From Psammoneis japonica (taxonomy: Eukaryota), in assembly GCA_008632985.1 (NCBI GenBank), contig QPGO01000263.1, forward strand, positions 1 through 64,000: a stretch of 64,000 nt of DNA, written 5' to 3'. The position numbers were made by a program, and so were the translations under genes. Each line of letters starts with the position of its first letter. Within the stretch, counting starts at the first letter, position 1. The notes beneath the pieces are model-generated. The model was given only the letters and a program-made list of their open reading frames with translations. It was not told the origin of the DNA and did not search any database. This document shows, piece by piece, positions 62,768 to 64,000 of the stretch.

Positions 62768-64000
62768 CTAATTCTTTGCATGTGGGTTCACGGGTTTTTT
62801 CGGACTAGTTCCAGAAGCTTTGGATACAACCTTTTTCACAAACCCTGCCAAGACGCTCGTTCGCTGCTCGCCGATGGTTGACATGTTCTGATTCTTCTTG
62901 TACGCTATAACTCGAGCACCTAGACCTATGAAGGTAGGCTGTGCTCTTCCCTTCTTCTTGTTATCCAGGGGGCTCTTCATGCCAGCGTCTTCTTCCATCT
63001 TTCTCATTTTTTGCAGGCAAGTGTTTTGCACGGCGTAACAAACATTGTGGAATTCGACGGATGCATGGTCATGAATGCGTGTCGTATGCCACTGGTCTTC
63101 CGTCATGACGTGTTCTAGGAGCTCCATAGCTGCTTTAAACTTCTGTGGCTCTGCTTCACTGTTTGGAAACTTGAGGTGCAAAAGCCGCTCCTTGGATGAC
63201 GAAGAAAGGTGTCCATGCTGCTTGAAGAAACTTAGGCATACATGCAGAGAGATTTTTGCGCCTGTACTGTTTACCAAGCCATCCACTTGCTCCTGCAATG
63301 TCAGTTTCTTTTTCTTTTTGTTTGAAAACTTCTTACTCACAACTCCGGCCGAGAACAGTGTCGCGACAGCGGGAGGTCGTTGCTTTCGCGTGGAGGCCGT
63401 GACAGGCTGAGTCGCAGTGGCTGACTCGTCAGAATCCACACGACGTCGAGAAGCAGCCGGCGCGTCACCATCATCAGCAGCAGTAGCATCAGCATCTGGT
63501 GGGCTTGCAGCATAGGCAGCCACATTGTTGTTTTGAGTGGAGCCGGCGTTTTCATCAATAACGTTGCACTCGATGCCGCCGTCTCGATTGGATATTTTTT
63601 CGTCCGCAAAATCCGTCGTGCTATCTTCCTCCTCCGATGATAGGAGTTCAATATTCCTTTTCTTACTGGACTGATTGGCCTCAAGCTGAGCCATCTCCAA
63701 GTTGCGAATCGCGTGGGCTTGCTCGGAAAGCTCGGTACGTTGTGCATCACACACTGATAATACACGAGACAGTAGCTCATTCTGCTGCTTTATCTGTAAA
63801 GCAAGGTTGATGTCACTTGAAAGATCCGGGTTGCGGTCTTGAAAGCTAGCGTCTATTTTCTTTCCCCAGATCCGAAGCACTTGTGAGGTGTCAGCCGTGT
63901 CACCATCACGAATCTTCGCTTCTGCTGCAGCACGCTCCAACGTGTACACGATTTGATGGTTTTGACGAAGCTCCTTCGAAACTTCAGCGTGATGCCGAAT
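62768..64000 (-). CDS. Hypothetical protein, 5' end probably outside the window; possibly mobile-element associated
   Basis: Long ORF of normal composition with a coiled coil and a basic C-terminus; no confident family match. Confidence 0.55.
   Translation of the reverse strand: MRHHAEVSKELRQNHQIVYTLERAAAEAKIRDGDTADTSQVLRIWGKKIDASFQDRNPDLSSDINLALQIKQQNELLSRVLSVCDAQRTELSEQAHAIRNLEMAQLEANQSSKKRNIELLSSEEEDSTTDFADEKISNRDGGIECNVIDENAGSTQNNNVAAYAASPPDADATAADDGDAPAASRRRVDSDESATATQPVTASTRKQRPPAVATLFSAGVVSKKFSNKKKKKLTLQEQVDGLVNSTGAKISLHVCLSFFKQHGHLSSSSKERLLHLKFPNSEAEPQKFKAAMELLEHVMTEDQWHTTRIHDHASVEFHNVCYAVQNTCLQKMRKMEEDAGMKSPLDNKKKGRAQPTFIGLGARVIAYKKNQNMSTIGEQRTSVLAGFVKKVVSKASGTSPKKPVNPHAKN

Overview
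This is eukaryotic nuclear DNA, very probably from a diatom: it carries a canonical silicon transporter, DUF6824 repeats, a Ser/Lys-rich frustule-type protein, a DGDG synthase and short GT-AG introns. Ordinary gene islands (about 9.6-11.8, 13.7-17.8, 20.8-27.4, 36.8-51.5 and 57.2-64 kb) alternate with transposon-derived blocks (about 1-9.6, 11.8-13.5, 17.8-20.7, 27.45-36.8 and 51.55-57.2 kb). The TE blocks are almost free of both CpG and TpA and are rich in TpG/CpA. Recognisable TE proteins there (Ty3/gypsy RT and integrase, PIF/Harbinger-type DDE transposase) have conserved Tyr replaced by Cys or His (TAY->TGY or CAY). The surviving TA sites are mostly YTAR, and I found no RTAY in the block counted. 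The signature spreads into a neighbouring host TPR gene and extends beyond the zone of CpG loss. The main inference is a heterochromatin/TE-targeted A:T->G:C hypermutation at TpA, opposite in direction to fungal RIP, acting alongside 5mCpG decay. Other notable items are an ankyrin-JmjC-sulfotransferase fusion, duplicated CBM/alpha-carbonic-anhydrase-like genes lacking the Zn histidines, a silaffin-like protein and an AT-hook RusA resolvase. All calls are by eye; no searches were run. Several single-base frameshifts in conserved genes suggest assembly indel errors.
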